DNA from: Candidatus Iainarchaeum sp. | GTDB taxonomy: Archaea > Iainarchaeota > Iainarchaeia > Iainarchaeales > GCA-2688035 | Direction of reading: 5' to 3' | Assembly (NCBI GenBank): GCA_026396975.1 | Contig: JAPLVT010000024.1 | Location: 1-32,294, forward strand | Length of the DNA: 32,294 nucleotides | Shown: positions 1 to 7,186 of the stretch, piece after piece | Numbering within the stretch: position 1 is the first letter of the stretch | How the letters are laid out: every line of letters begins with the position of its first letter | Program-made: the position numbers and the translations under genes | Notes under the pieces: model-generated | What the model was told of the DNA's origin: nothing | Seen by the model: only the letters and a program-made list of their open reading frames with translations | The model's database searches: none

Positions 1-117
1 AGCGCGGACATGCAATGGTCCAAAAAGGTGAGGGCACAAATGGAAGCGCTCTACAACGGTGTCGCGAACTCGATGGGCTACAAAAGGAAGGGAAGGTTTT
101 TTGTGAAAAAATTGTAA
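1..117 (+). CDS. 3' end of an unidentified CDS entering from the left edge (...MQWSKKVRAQMEALYNGVANSMGYKRKGRFFVKKL*)
   Basis: Frame 1 is open from base 1 to TAA at 115-117. No recognisable domain. It is partial, so it is absent from the ORF track. Confidence 0.3.
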   Translation, partial: SADMQWSKKVRAQMEALYNGVANSMGYKRKGRFFVKKL

Positions 118-144
118 TCCGCCCGAATCGCAAGCGCAAAACCA

Positions 145-154
145 ATTAAATAAC
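145..154 (+). promoter_or_regulatory. TATA-like box upstream of RNase Z
   Basis: AATTAAATAA is centred about 27 nt upstream of the ATG at 177. This spacing fits an archaeal TATA box driving a leaderless or very short-leader mRNA. Confidence 0.4.
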
Positions 155-176
155 CTTTTCCTTTTACTGTTAAGTT

Positions 177-1085
177 ATGGCGATAAGGCTGGTTGTTTTG
201 GGGACAAGCTGCAGCAATCCGACTGTTGAAAGAAACCTCACAGCCGTGGCACTGCAGTTTGACGGAAACTGGTTTTTGTTCGACTGCCCCGAGGGAACGC
301 AGCGGCAGATGATGAAATCAGGCGTGAGCTATATGCGGGTGCACAGCATTTTCCTCTCGCACTTTCACGCAGACCATGTGCTCGGGCTGCCTGGGCTGGT
401 TGCGACAATGGCAATGCATGGGAGAGACGCGCCGCTGAATGTTTTCGGCCCAAAGGGAGTGAAAGAAGAGATAAAAAAAGTGCTTGGCTTGGCGCTGATG
501 AAATGCAACTTTGAGGTGCGCGTGAAAGAATGCGGAAGGGGAAAAGCGCTTGAAGGCGAAAAATTCACTGTAAGCGGAGTTCCGCTCAAGCACGGAGTGC
601 CATGCATCGGCTGGGTCTTCAAGGAAAAGGACAAGGAGGGAACTTTCCAGCGCGAAAAAGCCCTCAAGCTTGGAATACCGGAGGGGCCGCTCTGGAGCAG
701 GCTGCAGCACGGAAAAGAAGTTACAGCCAACGGCAAGGCATTCAAGCCCGAGCAGGTGATGGACTACAGCAAGGGGCGCGAGGGAAAAAAAATCAGCATT
801 GTTCTGGACACGCTGCCGAGCGACAGCTATTTCGACGCCATAGAAAAAAGCGACGTGCTTGTGCACGAAGCGGCTTTTTTGGACAAGCACATTTCGCGGG
901 CGAAGGAAACAAAGCACTCAACAGCGAAGCAGGCGGCATGGGTAGCGGCGCAAACAAAGGCGAAAAAGCTCATTTTGGTGCACATCTCCCCGCGCTACAA
1001 GAAAAACTCCGAAGTTGAGAACGAGGCGCGCCAGGAATTCGGCGAGGTTTCTGTCCCGGAAGATCTCGCTGTTTTTGACGTTTGA
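177..1085 (+). CDS. rnz: Ribonuclease Z (tRNA 3' endonuclease, metallo-beta-lactamase fold)
   Basis: 302 aa. N-terminus MAIRLVVLGTSCSNPTVERNLTAVAL..FLFDCPEGTQRQ with the HxHxDH motif (LSHFHADHVLGLPGL), and C-terminal LILVHISPRY. This is the typical short-form RNase Z layout. Confidence 0.9.
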   Translation: MAIRLVVLGTSCSNPTVERNLTAVALQFDGNWFLFDCPEGTQRQMMKSGVSYMRVHSIFLSHFHADHVLGLPGLVATMAMHGRDAPLNVFGPKGVKEEIKKVLGLALMKCNFEVRVKECGRGKALEGEKFTVSGVPLKHGVPCIGWVFKEKDKEGTFQREKALKLGIPEGPLWSRLQHGKEVTANGKAFKPEQVMDYSKGREGKKISIVLDTLPSDSYFDAIEKSDVLVHEAAFLDKHISRAKETKHSTAKQAAWVAAQTKAKKLILVHISPRYKKNSEVENEARQEFGEVSVPEDLAVFDV

Positions 1086-1111
1086 AGGCAGCGCGCGCCG
1101 CTGGTGTTTTG

Positions 1112-2299
1112 ATGGTTTCAAGGGAACAGCTGCAAGTTTTCGCGCTTCCGAACATTCTTTTTTTCGGGCAAATCTGCGCCTTCCAGCTGTTCTTCATGTT
1201 CATCCCGATCCACCTGCGCGACATCGGGCTGGCGAACTGGCAGATCGGCGTCCTGATGGGGCTTTTGCCCGTGACAGCGATCCTTCTCTCTGTGCCGTTC
1301 GGGATTTTCAGCGACAGGATTGTGCCGAAGCACATGGTGGTTGTTTCGCTCCTGTTAATGGCTGTTTTCACCGCGCTCCTCGGCAGCACTGCCGCATTTT
1401 CGGCGCTGCTCGTGGTGTTCCTTATTGGGGGAACCGCACGGAACCTTTTCTTTGTCAGCCTTTACTCGCTATACTACAAAACAATCGGCGAAAAAAACAA
1501 AAGCAGGAAGATAGCGCTCGCGGAAATAAGCAGGGTGGTCGCATACGGAATAGGCCCTTTTGCGGGAGGGGCGCTGCTCGCAACGCTGGCTTTCAGCGCG
1601 CTGTTCGGAATAGCATTCCTCGCGGTGATTCCGCTGATACTTCTTGCGTTGATGCTGAAGAGAACGAAAGGCGCTTTCACTCCGCTCTCGGAGTACAAAA
1701 AGGATTTCAAGAACAGCCGGTTCCTGCTTGTTTTCGCGGCATACTTTTTCCTCGCGCTTCACTTCGGTGCGGAAGACACTGTGCACGCGCTTTTCCTTGA
1801 GCATACCGTGGGGCTCTCTTTCCAGGAGATTGGATTTGTATTCCTTTGGATAGCGGCTGTCCTTGTCTGCTTTAATATCATCGGGGCTTTCGCGCTTGGC
1901 AGGGGGCGCGGAATAAAATGGATTCTTCTCGCGGGGCTTGCGGCTTCGGCAATCGGGAACATGATTTACCTCTGGAGCTTTTCCCTGCCGATGGTGCTGC
2001 TCAGCAGGCTTGTGCATGAGGGCGGCGACGCTGCCGCGATTCTCTCAATAATGGTTGTGACGCCGAGCCTCACCCGCACTGAAAGGGTCGGCGGCGCGTT
2101 AGGCACAATAACACTGGCTTCATACTCTGGCTCGCTTATAGGCGCGCTGATATCCGGCTTTTCCGCCGACGCGTACGGATACGCGATGCCATTTGCAATA
2201 ACCGGCGCCGCACTGCTGGTGCCGCTGGTTATCTTCGCCTCGATGTTCGCGGCGCGCGGCAAAAAGAATAAAAGCGGCGGGGGAATAATGTTAGCATGA
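1112..2299 (+). CDS. MFS-type transporter
   Basis: Polytopic membrane protein of about 395 aa with roughly 12 hydrophobic segments. It has an MFS motif-A-like loop (GIFSDRIVPKH). The ORF track starts at TTG 1082, overlapping the rnz stop; ATG 1112 (MVSREQ...) is more likely, but the start is uncertain. Confidence 0.75.
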   Translation: MVSREQLQVFALPNILFFGQICAFQLFFMFIPIHLRDIGLANWQIGVLMGLLPVTAILLSVPFGIFSDRIVPKHMVVVSLLLMAVFTALLGSTAAFSALLVVFLIGGTARNLFFVSLYSLYYKTIGEKNKSRKIALAEISRVVAYGIGPFAGGALLATLAFSALFGIAFLAVIPLILLALMLKRTKGAFTPLSEYKKDFKNSRFLLVFAAYFFLALHFGAEDTVHALFLEHTVGLSFQEIGFVFLWIAAVLVCFNIIGAFALGRGRGIKWILLAGLAASAIGNMIYLWSFSLPMVLLSRLVHEGGDAAAILSIMVVTPSLTRTERVGGALGTITLASYSGSLIGALISGFSADAYGYAMPFAITGAALLVPLVIFASMFAARGKKNKSGGGIMLA

Positions 2300-2348
2300 A
2301 GGAAATTGCTTCAGCCTGGCAGGAAATGCCCACAACAGAGGGGCCGGC

Positions 2349-3074
2349 ATGAAGGCAGTTGTTCTTGCAGCAGGCCAGGGCGTTCGGATGCTTCCGCTGA
2401 CGCAGGATAAGCCGAAGGCGCTTGTTGAGCTGAACGGCAAGTCGCTGCTCTGGCACGTGCTGAGTTCCCTTTCGAGGGCGCGAGTTAGCGAAACAATCAT
2501 TGTGGTTGGATTCAGGGGGGAAATGGTGAAGGAAAAATTCGGTTCGCGTTTCGGAAAAATGAAGTTACGGTATGTTGTGCAGAACGTTGCGATGGGAACA
2601 GGCCACGCTCTCTTCCAGGCGCGCAAAATCGCGAAAGGCAGGTTTCTTGTGGGCTACTGTGATGCCATTGTGGAGCCTGGGCTATGGAAAAAGCTTTCCG
2701 GCGTGAAGGGAAAGGACGCTGTCGCGGCGCTGCGCAGGGAAGAGCATCCCGAGCGCTTCGGCGTCGCGCTTGTGAGCGGAAAAAAGCTTGAGGCGATTGT
2801 TGAAAAGCCCGCTGAGAACCTGAAAAGCAATTTGGTGAACGTCGGCGCTTATTTGTTCAGCGAAAAAATCTTTCCCGCGCTCGAAAAAATAAAGATGAGC
2901 AGCAGGAACGAGTTCGAGCTCACGGACGCGATTAACGCGCTTGCGGCAGCCGGAAAAGCAGGCTTCGTATTGTACGAAGGAAAGTGCCTTGACATCGGGA
3001 CAATTGAGGACTTGAAAGCGGCCGCCGAAAGCGGGAAAAATAGGCTGCGCGATGCAGAAAAAGAAAAAAATTAA
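2349..3074 (+). CDS. Sugar-1-phosphate nucleotidylyltransferase (NTP_transferase family)
   Basis: N-terminal signature MKAVVLAAGQGVRMLPLTQDKPKALVEL (GxGxRxxPxT..KP). 241 aa single GT-A-like domain. Substrate not assignable from sequence. Confidence 0.85.
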   Translation: MKAVVLAAGQGVRMLPLTQDKPKALVELNGKSLLWHVLSSLSRARVSETIIVVGFRGEMVKEKFGSRFGKMKLRYVVQNVAMGTGHALFQARKIAKGRFLVGYCDAIVEPGLWKKLSGVKGKDAVAALRREEHPERFGVALVSGKKLEAIVEKPAENLKSNLVNVGAYLFSEKIFPALEKIKMSSRNEFELTDAINALAAAGKAGFVLYEGKCLDIGTIEDLKAAAESGKNRLRDAEKEKN

Positions 3075-3090
3075 TAAACTAGTTCGCTCC

Positions 3091-3097
3091 TTTTTTT
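3091..3097 (+). terminator. Oligo-T tract after the nucleotidyltransferase gene
   Basis: T7 run 17 nt after the stop at 3074. Archaeal RNA polymerase terminates at oligo-T tracts. Confidence 0.4.
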
Positions 3098-3101
3098 GCC
3101 T

Positions 3102-3293
3102 ATGAAATTCTTCCAGGGTTTCTTCGCACTGCTCGCGATCGCGGGAGCGATTTTCTACGCGGCGTTCAACTTCATTGCAGAGGGGATAGCGCACGCGGCA
3201 GTGATTGCGGCAGGCGGCTTTGTGCTTGCGCTCGACATTTTCGCTTTCGCTGTATGGTTCGTGAACTGGAGGTACTACCCTGAAAAGAGATAG
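3102..3293 (+). CDS. Small membrane protein (two TM helices)
   Basis: MKFFQGFFALLAIAGAIFYAAF...FVLALDIFAFAVWFVNW. ATG at 3102 lies inside the track ORF that starts at TTG 3096. A T8 tract follows at 3315-3322. Confidence 0.5.
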   Translation: MKFFQGFFALLAIAGAIFYAAFNFIAEGIAHAAVIAAGGFVLALDIFAFAVWFVNWRYYPEKR

Positions 3294-3320
3294 AAACAAT
3301 CTGCTGGGGCCTGCTTTTTT

Positions 3321-4010
3321 TTACTTAAAGCTGAAGCTCTGCCCGGGCTTGAGGATAATAGGCTTTGTTTTCAAAATGCTTTTTTCTATTTTCTGCTTGA
3401 ACTCTTTCGGGTCCTGCTCTATCATCTTGAAAGTGTTGTAGTGCATCGGCACCGCGAAGCGCGGCTTCATTGTTTTAACGGCTTTCACTGCGTCGACGAC
3501 ATCCATTGTGTAGGTGCCGCCGATCGGAAGAAGAGCGACATCCGGGCTCAGGGTCGCGAAATCGTCTATGAGATCTGTGTCGCCGGCGTGGAAAACGCTT
3601 CTGCCGCCGTACGAAACCAGAAAGCCGAGCGGATAGAATGCCTGCGGGTGGTGGACGGCGATCGCCTTTACGCCAATGCCCCTGAGGTTGATGCTGTCGT
3701 TCATTCCAACCGCGTGCAGCTGGTGCTTGCCGAGGTTGAATTCCTGCAGCACCGTTTGCGATGCTACAACGCAGCTGTTGTTTTTCTTCGCGATTTTTTC
3801 TACCAAATCCTTGTCGAAGTGGTCGAAGTGCTCGTGGGAAATCAAAATAAGGTCGATGTTTTTGAAATCGCTCTCTTTCGCAGCGGTTGGCACAAGGCGC
3901 TTGAAGGATGACTCCTTGCAGCTATTCGAAACATACGGGTCGAAAAGAACAGCCTTGTCGCCGAAGGCCAGCTTAAAGAAACTATGGCCGAAGTACTGAA
4001 CAGAAGGCAC
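3321..4010 (-). CDS. Metallo-beta-lactamase fold metal-dependent hydrolase (UPF0173-like)
   Basis: 229 aa with a GTG start. VQYFGHSFFKL..VLFDPY, HxHxDH motif (ISHEHFDHFD), HAGDT, and VALLPIGGTYTMD..AVPMHYNTF. This matches the conserved small archaeal/bacterial MBL hydrolase family. Confidence 0.85.
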   Translation of the reverse strand: MPSVQYFGHSFFKLAFGDKAVLFDPYVSNSCKESSFKRLVPTAAKESDFKNIDLILISHEHFDHFDKDLVEKIAKKNNSCVVASQTVLQEFNLGKHQLHAVGMNDSINLRGIGVKAIAVHHPQAFYPLGFLVSYGGRSVFHAGDTDLIDDFATLSPDVALLPIGGTYTMDVVDAVKAVKTMKPRFAVPMHYNTFKMIEQDPKEFKQKIEKSILKTKPIILKPGQSFSFK

Positions 4011-4065
4011 CCCAAACTACCCATATTAACTTTTCCAGCGTTTTGTTTAAATAACCTACACCCCC

Positions 4066-4222
4066 CAGCGGAAAAAAAATCACGCTCAGGCAAGATTGAA
4101 ATCACGCCGCCTTGCAAACCTGTTGGTTTGCGAGGCCTCGTGAACCCGCTGGTTCACAAGGTCGCTACTGCTAAACACAAAAGTTCGGGAAAAAGACCAT
4201 AATAAACGCCTGCGGCGGCGTT
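4066..4222. ncRNA. Copy 1 of a three-copy structured intergenic element (candidate sRNA, minus strand favoured, or a hairpin-ended MITE/PATE-like element)
   Basis: Conserved block CAGCGGAAAAAAAATCACGCTCAGGCAAGATTGAAATC. Closing stem ACGCCGCC (4104-4111) pairs with GGCGGCGT (4214-4221). Extra perfect hairpins at 4114-4131 and 4140-4157. The minus-strand reading ends in GAGCGTGATTTTTTTT. Confidence 0.45.
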
Positions 4223-4243
4223 TAGAAAAAAATAATAAATCTG

Positions 4244-5038
4244 ATGTGGTTATTATATGGGGTTGTTTTGAGAAAATTTTTGTTGATTGCGGGGCTTCTG
4301 CTGCTTTTGTGCGCCACGGCTTCAGCGCAGTTTTACCTGATTGACAGGCACGCGATTGAGATAACTGTTGACAGGCAGGGAAACGCTGTTGTCAGCGACA
4401 AGTTCTTCATCCAGTTCCAGAATCAGCAGCAGTTGGACGATTTCAGGGCAAAGGTTACGCAGATTGGCGTCAACATTGACGCCTGGCTGGCTTACGATGA
4501 CAGGATAAAGCCCGCAATTGGGGCAGAGAGCGACATAACTGTCAGCAAGGTTTCCTTTGTGGAAGAGCCGAGCGCTTACCTTGAGATACGCTATTCCTTG
4601 AACGATACGCTGATGGAGAAGAAAAGCGAGACAAGCAGGGTAATAGGCTATGGCATCAAGGAAAAGTTTTTCAGCGGATTTTTGGAGGGCAGCCTTTGGG
4701 TGATTCCCGCCGGAACAACAATAACAGTTATCCTTCCCGGCGGCGTGGAAGTGCTGCAGCCGGTTGAACCCGACGCCGCAACCAGCGGCAACACAATCAT
4801 GTGGAGCGGCTACAAGTACAGCAACAAGCTGACCTTGAACTACAACGAATTCAAGCAGATCGCTTCTTTCGACCTTGACAAGGCGTTACAGCAGGTAATG
4901 GAAAGCGACTTGTTCTGGGTAATTGTAGCGGTTCTGGCTGTTAGCGCGCTGCTTGGCCTCTGGAAGCGCAGGGCAATAAGCGAAAAAATAGAGCGCTACA
5001 TTGTCGAGCACAGCGACCTGCGGTCAGAAGAAGAGTAA
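4244..5038 (+). CDS. Secreted or membrane-anchored protein of unknown function
   Basis: N-terminal signal-like segment (LLIAGLLLLLCATASAQ) and a C-terminal TM anchor (LFWVIVAVLAVSALLGLWKRR). No recognisable domain. Confidence 0.7.
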   Translation: MWLLYGVVLRKFLLIAGLLLLLCATASAQFYLIDRHAIEITVDRQGNAVVSDKFFIQFQNQQQLDDFRAKVTQIGVNIDAWLAYDDRIKPAIGAESDITVSKVSFVEEPSAYLEIRYSLNDTLMEKKSETSRVIGYGIKEKFFSGFLEGSLWVIPAGTTITVILPGGVEVLQPVEPDAATSGNTIMWSGYKYSNKLTLNYNEFKQIASFDLDKALQQVMESDLFWVIVAVLAVSALLGLWKRRAISEKIERYIVEHSDLRSEEE

Positions 5039-5049
5039 TCCGGCTGTTC

Positions 5050-5056
5050 TTTTTTT
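5050..5056 (+). terminator. Oligo-T tract after 4244..5038
   Basis: T7 run 12 nt after the TAA stop. Confidence 0.4.
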
Positions 5057-5080
5057 GGATTTCCGCGTAAGAACAAAAGC

Positions 5081-5185
5081 CAGCGGAAAACAAATCACGC
5101 TCAGGGAAGATTGAGACCACGCTGGCGCCATTGCGACCCAAAAGCGCTTAGGGATAAGCCGATAAGAAGTGCCTGCGCCAGCGTT
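5081..5185. ncRNA. Copy 2 of the structured intergenic element
   Basis: CAGCGGAAAACAAATCACGCTCAGGGAAGATTGAGACC. 10-bp stem ACGCTGGCGC (5119-5128) pairs with GCGCCAGCGT (5175-5184). The minus-strand reading ends in GAGCGTGATTTGTTTT. Confidence 0.45.
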
Positions 5186-5254
5186 GCATTGGTGGGAGAC
5201 GCGAGCCCGCGGCAGAGGGTTCTTTGCGGAGCCCGCGCCCCTAACAATCCCTTA

Positions 5255-5340
5255 TTTTGCAATAAGCGCGCGAAACAAAAATTCTGTGTTCCAAGACATG
5301 CGGAAAACCTTTCACTTTGCAATAAGCGTGTAGACCAAAA
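5255..5340. repeat. Direct repeat TTTGCAATAAGCG(C/T)G...AAAA x2, period about 59 bp
   Basis: 5255-5280 ttttgcaataagcgcgcgaaacaaaa versus 5314-5340 actttgcaataagcgtgtagaccaaaa. The second copy covers the stop region of the 56-aa ORF (..LIAK*). The first copy would also read ..LIAK* on the minus strand. Confidence 0.6.
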
Positions 5341-5482
5341 ACGCGAGGACGACAAAGCCAAGCGGGCTGAACAGCACGCCGAACTGCGGCGTTATGCCGA
5401 GGAAAAGCGCGCCTGCGAACAAGAGCAGCATTATTGCCGCTGAGTAAACAACGGAATCGAAGATCGCCCTGAACCTACCCAT
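5312..5482 (-). CDS. Small two-TM membrane protein (56 aa), absent from the ORF track
   Basis: Hand translation: MGRFRAIFDSVVYSAAIMLLLFAGALFLGITPQFGVLFSPLGFVVLAFLVYTLIAK*. GAGG lies upstream (GGTGTGAGGAAAAATG). It has the same architecture and position as the 63-aa ORF 5912..6103 in the neighbouring paralogous cassette. Confidence 0.5.
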   Translation of the reverse strand: MGRFRAIFDSVVYSAAIMLLLFAGALFLGITPQFGVLFSPLGFVVLAFLVYTLIAK

Positions 5483-5545
5483 TTTTCCTCACACCCCAGA
5501 AAATGCTTTCCATGCAGGAACTCCCCTTGAATTCAAACATTTTTC

Positions 5546-5905
5546 TTACCCCAAGAAACTGAAATAAAACGTGTTGATGAAGCTGAGCGCCATCAGCAGG
5601 AAAGTTACTATTATCGCGAAGCGCTTCTGCACCCACCCGCCTTCCGGGAAGAACAGACCGACGAACAACTGCACGGGCAACGCGATTATGAACGGCACCA
5701 GAATCCAGCCGGCGAGATTAAGGATATCGGAGAAAGCGTAAAGCAGTCCGACTATTGCAAGGAAGTGCCAGACCGGCTTGTGGCCTTTTTCTGCGATTAT
5801 CACAAAGGCAGCGAAAGCGAAAAGCCAGTGCAGGTTGTTCATTATAAGCCCTGCTATCCAATTAAGGTCGAAGGACAACAGATGCGAAAGGAATTCAACC
5901 AGCAT
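5546..5905 (-). CDS. Four-TM membrane protein, paralog of 6100..6465
   Basis: MLVEFLSHLLSFDLNWIAGLIMNNLHWLFAFAAF aligns with MFFEFAYHVLSFDFVWIASLIMGNLHWLFAFAAC of the upstream gene. The start lies 6 nt after the stop of 5912..6103. Confidence 0.75.
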   Translation of the reverse strand: MLVEFLSHLLSFDLNWIAGLIMNNLHWLFAFAAFVIIAEKGHKPVWHFLAIVGLLYAFSDILNLAGWILVPFIIALPVQLFVGLFFPEGGWVQKRFAIIVTFLLMALSFINTFYFSFLG

Positions 5906-5911
5906 TTTTCA

Positions 5912-6103
5912 TCACTCGTAAGTAACAAGGTTTATTTCAAAAATCCCCATTCCAAGCAACAGCATCAGGCCTGCAAGCGTCAGCATTTCCGGGCCGAAAA
6001 CAGGCATACCAGCGCTTCCCGCCATGCTTGCGAAAATGAAAATGAAGAAAGTGAACATCACTCCGAAAACCGCTTTCTTGAACCAGCGCGCCATTTTTTT
6101 CAC
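5912..6103 (-). CDS. Small two-TM membrane protein (60-63 aa)
   Basis: A GTG start at 6103 overlaps the TGA of the upstream gene (GTGA); the alternative is ATG at 6094. Hydrophobic hairpin with central GMPVFGP, comparable to GITPQFG in the 56-aa ORF. Confidence 0.6.
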   Translation of the reverse strand: MKKMARWFKKAVFGVMFTFFIFIFASMAGSAGMPVFGPEMLTLAGLMLLLGMGIFEINLVTYE

Positions 6104-6465
6104 CTCATAAAAAAATTGTATGCGACAAGCAGAACCAGGAACTGCAGTTCGCTGACTATCACTAGGTGCTTGCTAAGCGACGGGACGCTCTCGGCAAAAG
6201 CAAGCGCCGCAATTTTTGTAATATAGTAAATCGAAAGGAAGCCGCCGACAAAAACAACCCAGCCGCTTATGCTTTCGAAGTCAACCCAAGTCCAGGCGAC
6301 AACTGAAAGCAAAAAAGTGCCGACAGCAATCTTCTTCCACTTGTCGCCGAAAAAGAAAGCGCAGCAGGCGGCAAAAGCAAAAAGCCAGTGAAGATTGCCC
6401 ATGATAAGCGAGGCTATCCACACAAAGTCAAACGACAGCACATGGTAAGCAAACTCGAAAAACAT
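6100..6465 (-). CDS. Four-TM membrane protein, paralog of 5546..5905
   Basis: The track ORF extends to 6489 (MCCGRGQR...). ATG 6465 (MFFEFAYH...) aligns with the paralog's N-terminus and follows AGAGG. The start is uncertain between 6465 and 6489. Confidence 0.75.
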   Translation of the reverse strand: MFFEFAYHVLSFDFVWIASLIMGNLHWLFAFAACCAFFFGDKWKKIAVGTFLLSVVAWTWVDFESISGWVVFVGGFLSIYYITKIAALAFAESVPSLSKHLVIVSELQFLVLLVAYNFFMR

Positions 6466-6518
6466 CCTCTGCCCTCTGCCGCAGCACACGGGCTGCTTAT
6501 ATTAATTGGCGGGCAGGG

Positions 6519-6529
6519 AATATATAAAT
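6519..6529 (-). promoter_or_regulatory. TATA-like box for the minus-strand membrane-protein operon
   Basis: The minus strand reads TTTATATATTC about 30-60 nt upstream of the candidate starts 6489 and 6465, inside an AT-rich intergenic stretch (6490-6611). Confidence 0.4.
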
Positions 6530-6611
6530 GTAACTACATATAGTTAACGTGTTAATTTAGGGTTATTTTTGCCCAAAAAAACACTCCCGACGGAAAGCCC
6601 CTAAAACGGGT

Positions 6612-7121
6612 TTATGGCGCTTTTTGGCCGCTTTTAACTGTTTTCAGCCCTGCACCGCAATCCGGGCAATTCTTCTCCCTGCAGCCTTTTTTGGCGGTTT
6701 TGCCGCAGGCGGGGCAGCGCAGGGAGAAGGAAATAACATCTTTTATTTTTCCCCTTATAACACCCGCAAAAGGAATGCCAAGCAGCTTGCAGAAATTCTG
6801 CACGCTGTAATCGTCGCTTATGAGGGAAAAGCGCTTTTTTGCCGCACGCAGGTCGAGCGCAAGCGCGAGCACTGAGATGTCCGCGGTGCTCAGGCGCGAA
6901 AAGCCCTCTGCGGCAACACTTTCTTTTATGCGCGCCAACGAGGCAGCGCCAGGCTCTTCGATGCGAAGCAGGCCCTGCTGCAGCGCGTTGTCCGCGAGGG
7001 ATTTGCTCCTAAGGTCGCGCAGCTCCGCAACAGCAAGCGGCGCCATGATGTAAGAATGCTCACGCTGAAAATTGAAATTGAAATCGTTCAGCACTGCGCT
7101 TGAATCAAGCAGGTAAAGCAT
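6612..7121 (-). CDS. nob1: Nob1-like PIN-domain endoribonuclease with a C-terminal zinc ribbon (small-subunit rRNA 3'-end maturation)
   Basis: PIN acidic residues (MLYLLDSSAV..., LSTADISVLALAL, LISDDYSVQNFCKLLGIPF) plus a CPACG...CPDCG zinc ribbon. The DDYxxQN motif and ribbon distinguish archaeal Nob1 from VapC toxins. Confidence 0.8.
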   Translation of the reverse strand: MLYLLDSSAVLNDFNFNFQREHSYIMAPLAVAELRDLRSKSLADNALQQGLLRIEEPGAASLARIKESVAAEGFSRLSTADISVLALALDLRAAKKRFSLISDDYSVQNFCKLLGIPFAGVIRGKIKDVISFSLRCPACGKTAKKGCREKNCPDCGAGLKTVKSGQKAP

Positions 7122-7186
7122 AATAAAAAGGAATTCCCATTAAAGGTATTAAAAGGGTTACAATACGAAATATTTCGGTTGGTTGC

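Noticed and set aside
4081-4108. A CRISPR-repeat-like or C/D-box sRNA reading of the conserved block (..AGATTGAAAT.. on the plus strand; GTGATTT..CTGA..GTGATTT on the minus strand)
   Set aside because: There is no array of regularly spaced repeats anywhere in the window. The C-box-like GTGATTT is non-canonical (RUGAUGA is expected), the C-to-D' spacing is 9 nt instead of about 12, and there is no terminal D box.
3842-4117. Minus-strand ORFs 3842..4117 and 4941..5141 share the peptide (V)ISI(L/F)PERD(F/L)FSAG
   Set aside because: The similarity is the translation of the conserved nucleotide block of the three-copy element. The third copy has no corresponding ORF. Differences between copies are not biased toward synonymous changes. 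The ORFs overlap real genes or lack start contexts. The conservation is therefore at the nucleotide or structure level, not protein-coding.
4125-4160. Possible tRNA T-arm (GGTTCACAAGG) and other tRNA-like fragments. Intergenic regions 5186-5311, 17528-17692 and 29452-29738 were also scanned.
   Set aside because: No cloverleaf can be built: there is no acceptor-stem complement, no GTTCRAATC T-loop and no anticodon arm. I could not identify any tRNA or rRNA gene in the window by eye.
5111-5443. 110-aa plus-strand ORF spanning the 5.1-5.4 kb spacer
   Set aside because: It is Arg/Cys/Ala-rich with no motif. It overlaps element copy 2 and the better-supported minus-strand 56-aa membrane ORF.
6612-7121. 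PIN-domain gene considered as a VapC toxin of a toxin-antitoxin pair
   Set aside because: There is no adjacent small antitoxin ORF. The C-terminal CxxC...CxxC zinc ribbon and the SDDYSVQN motif fit archaeal Nob1 instead.
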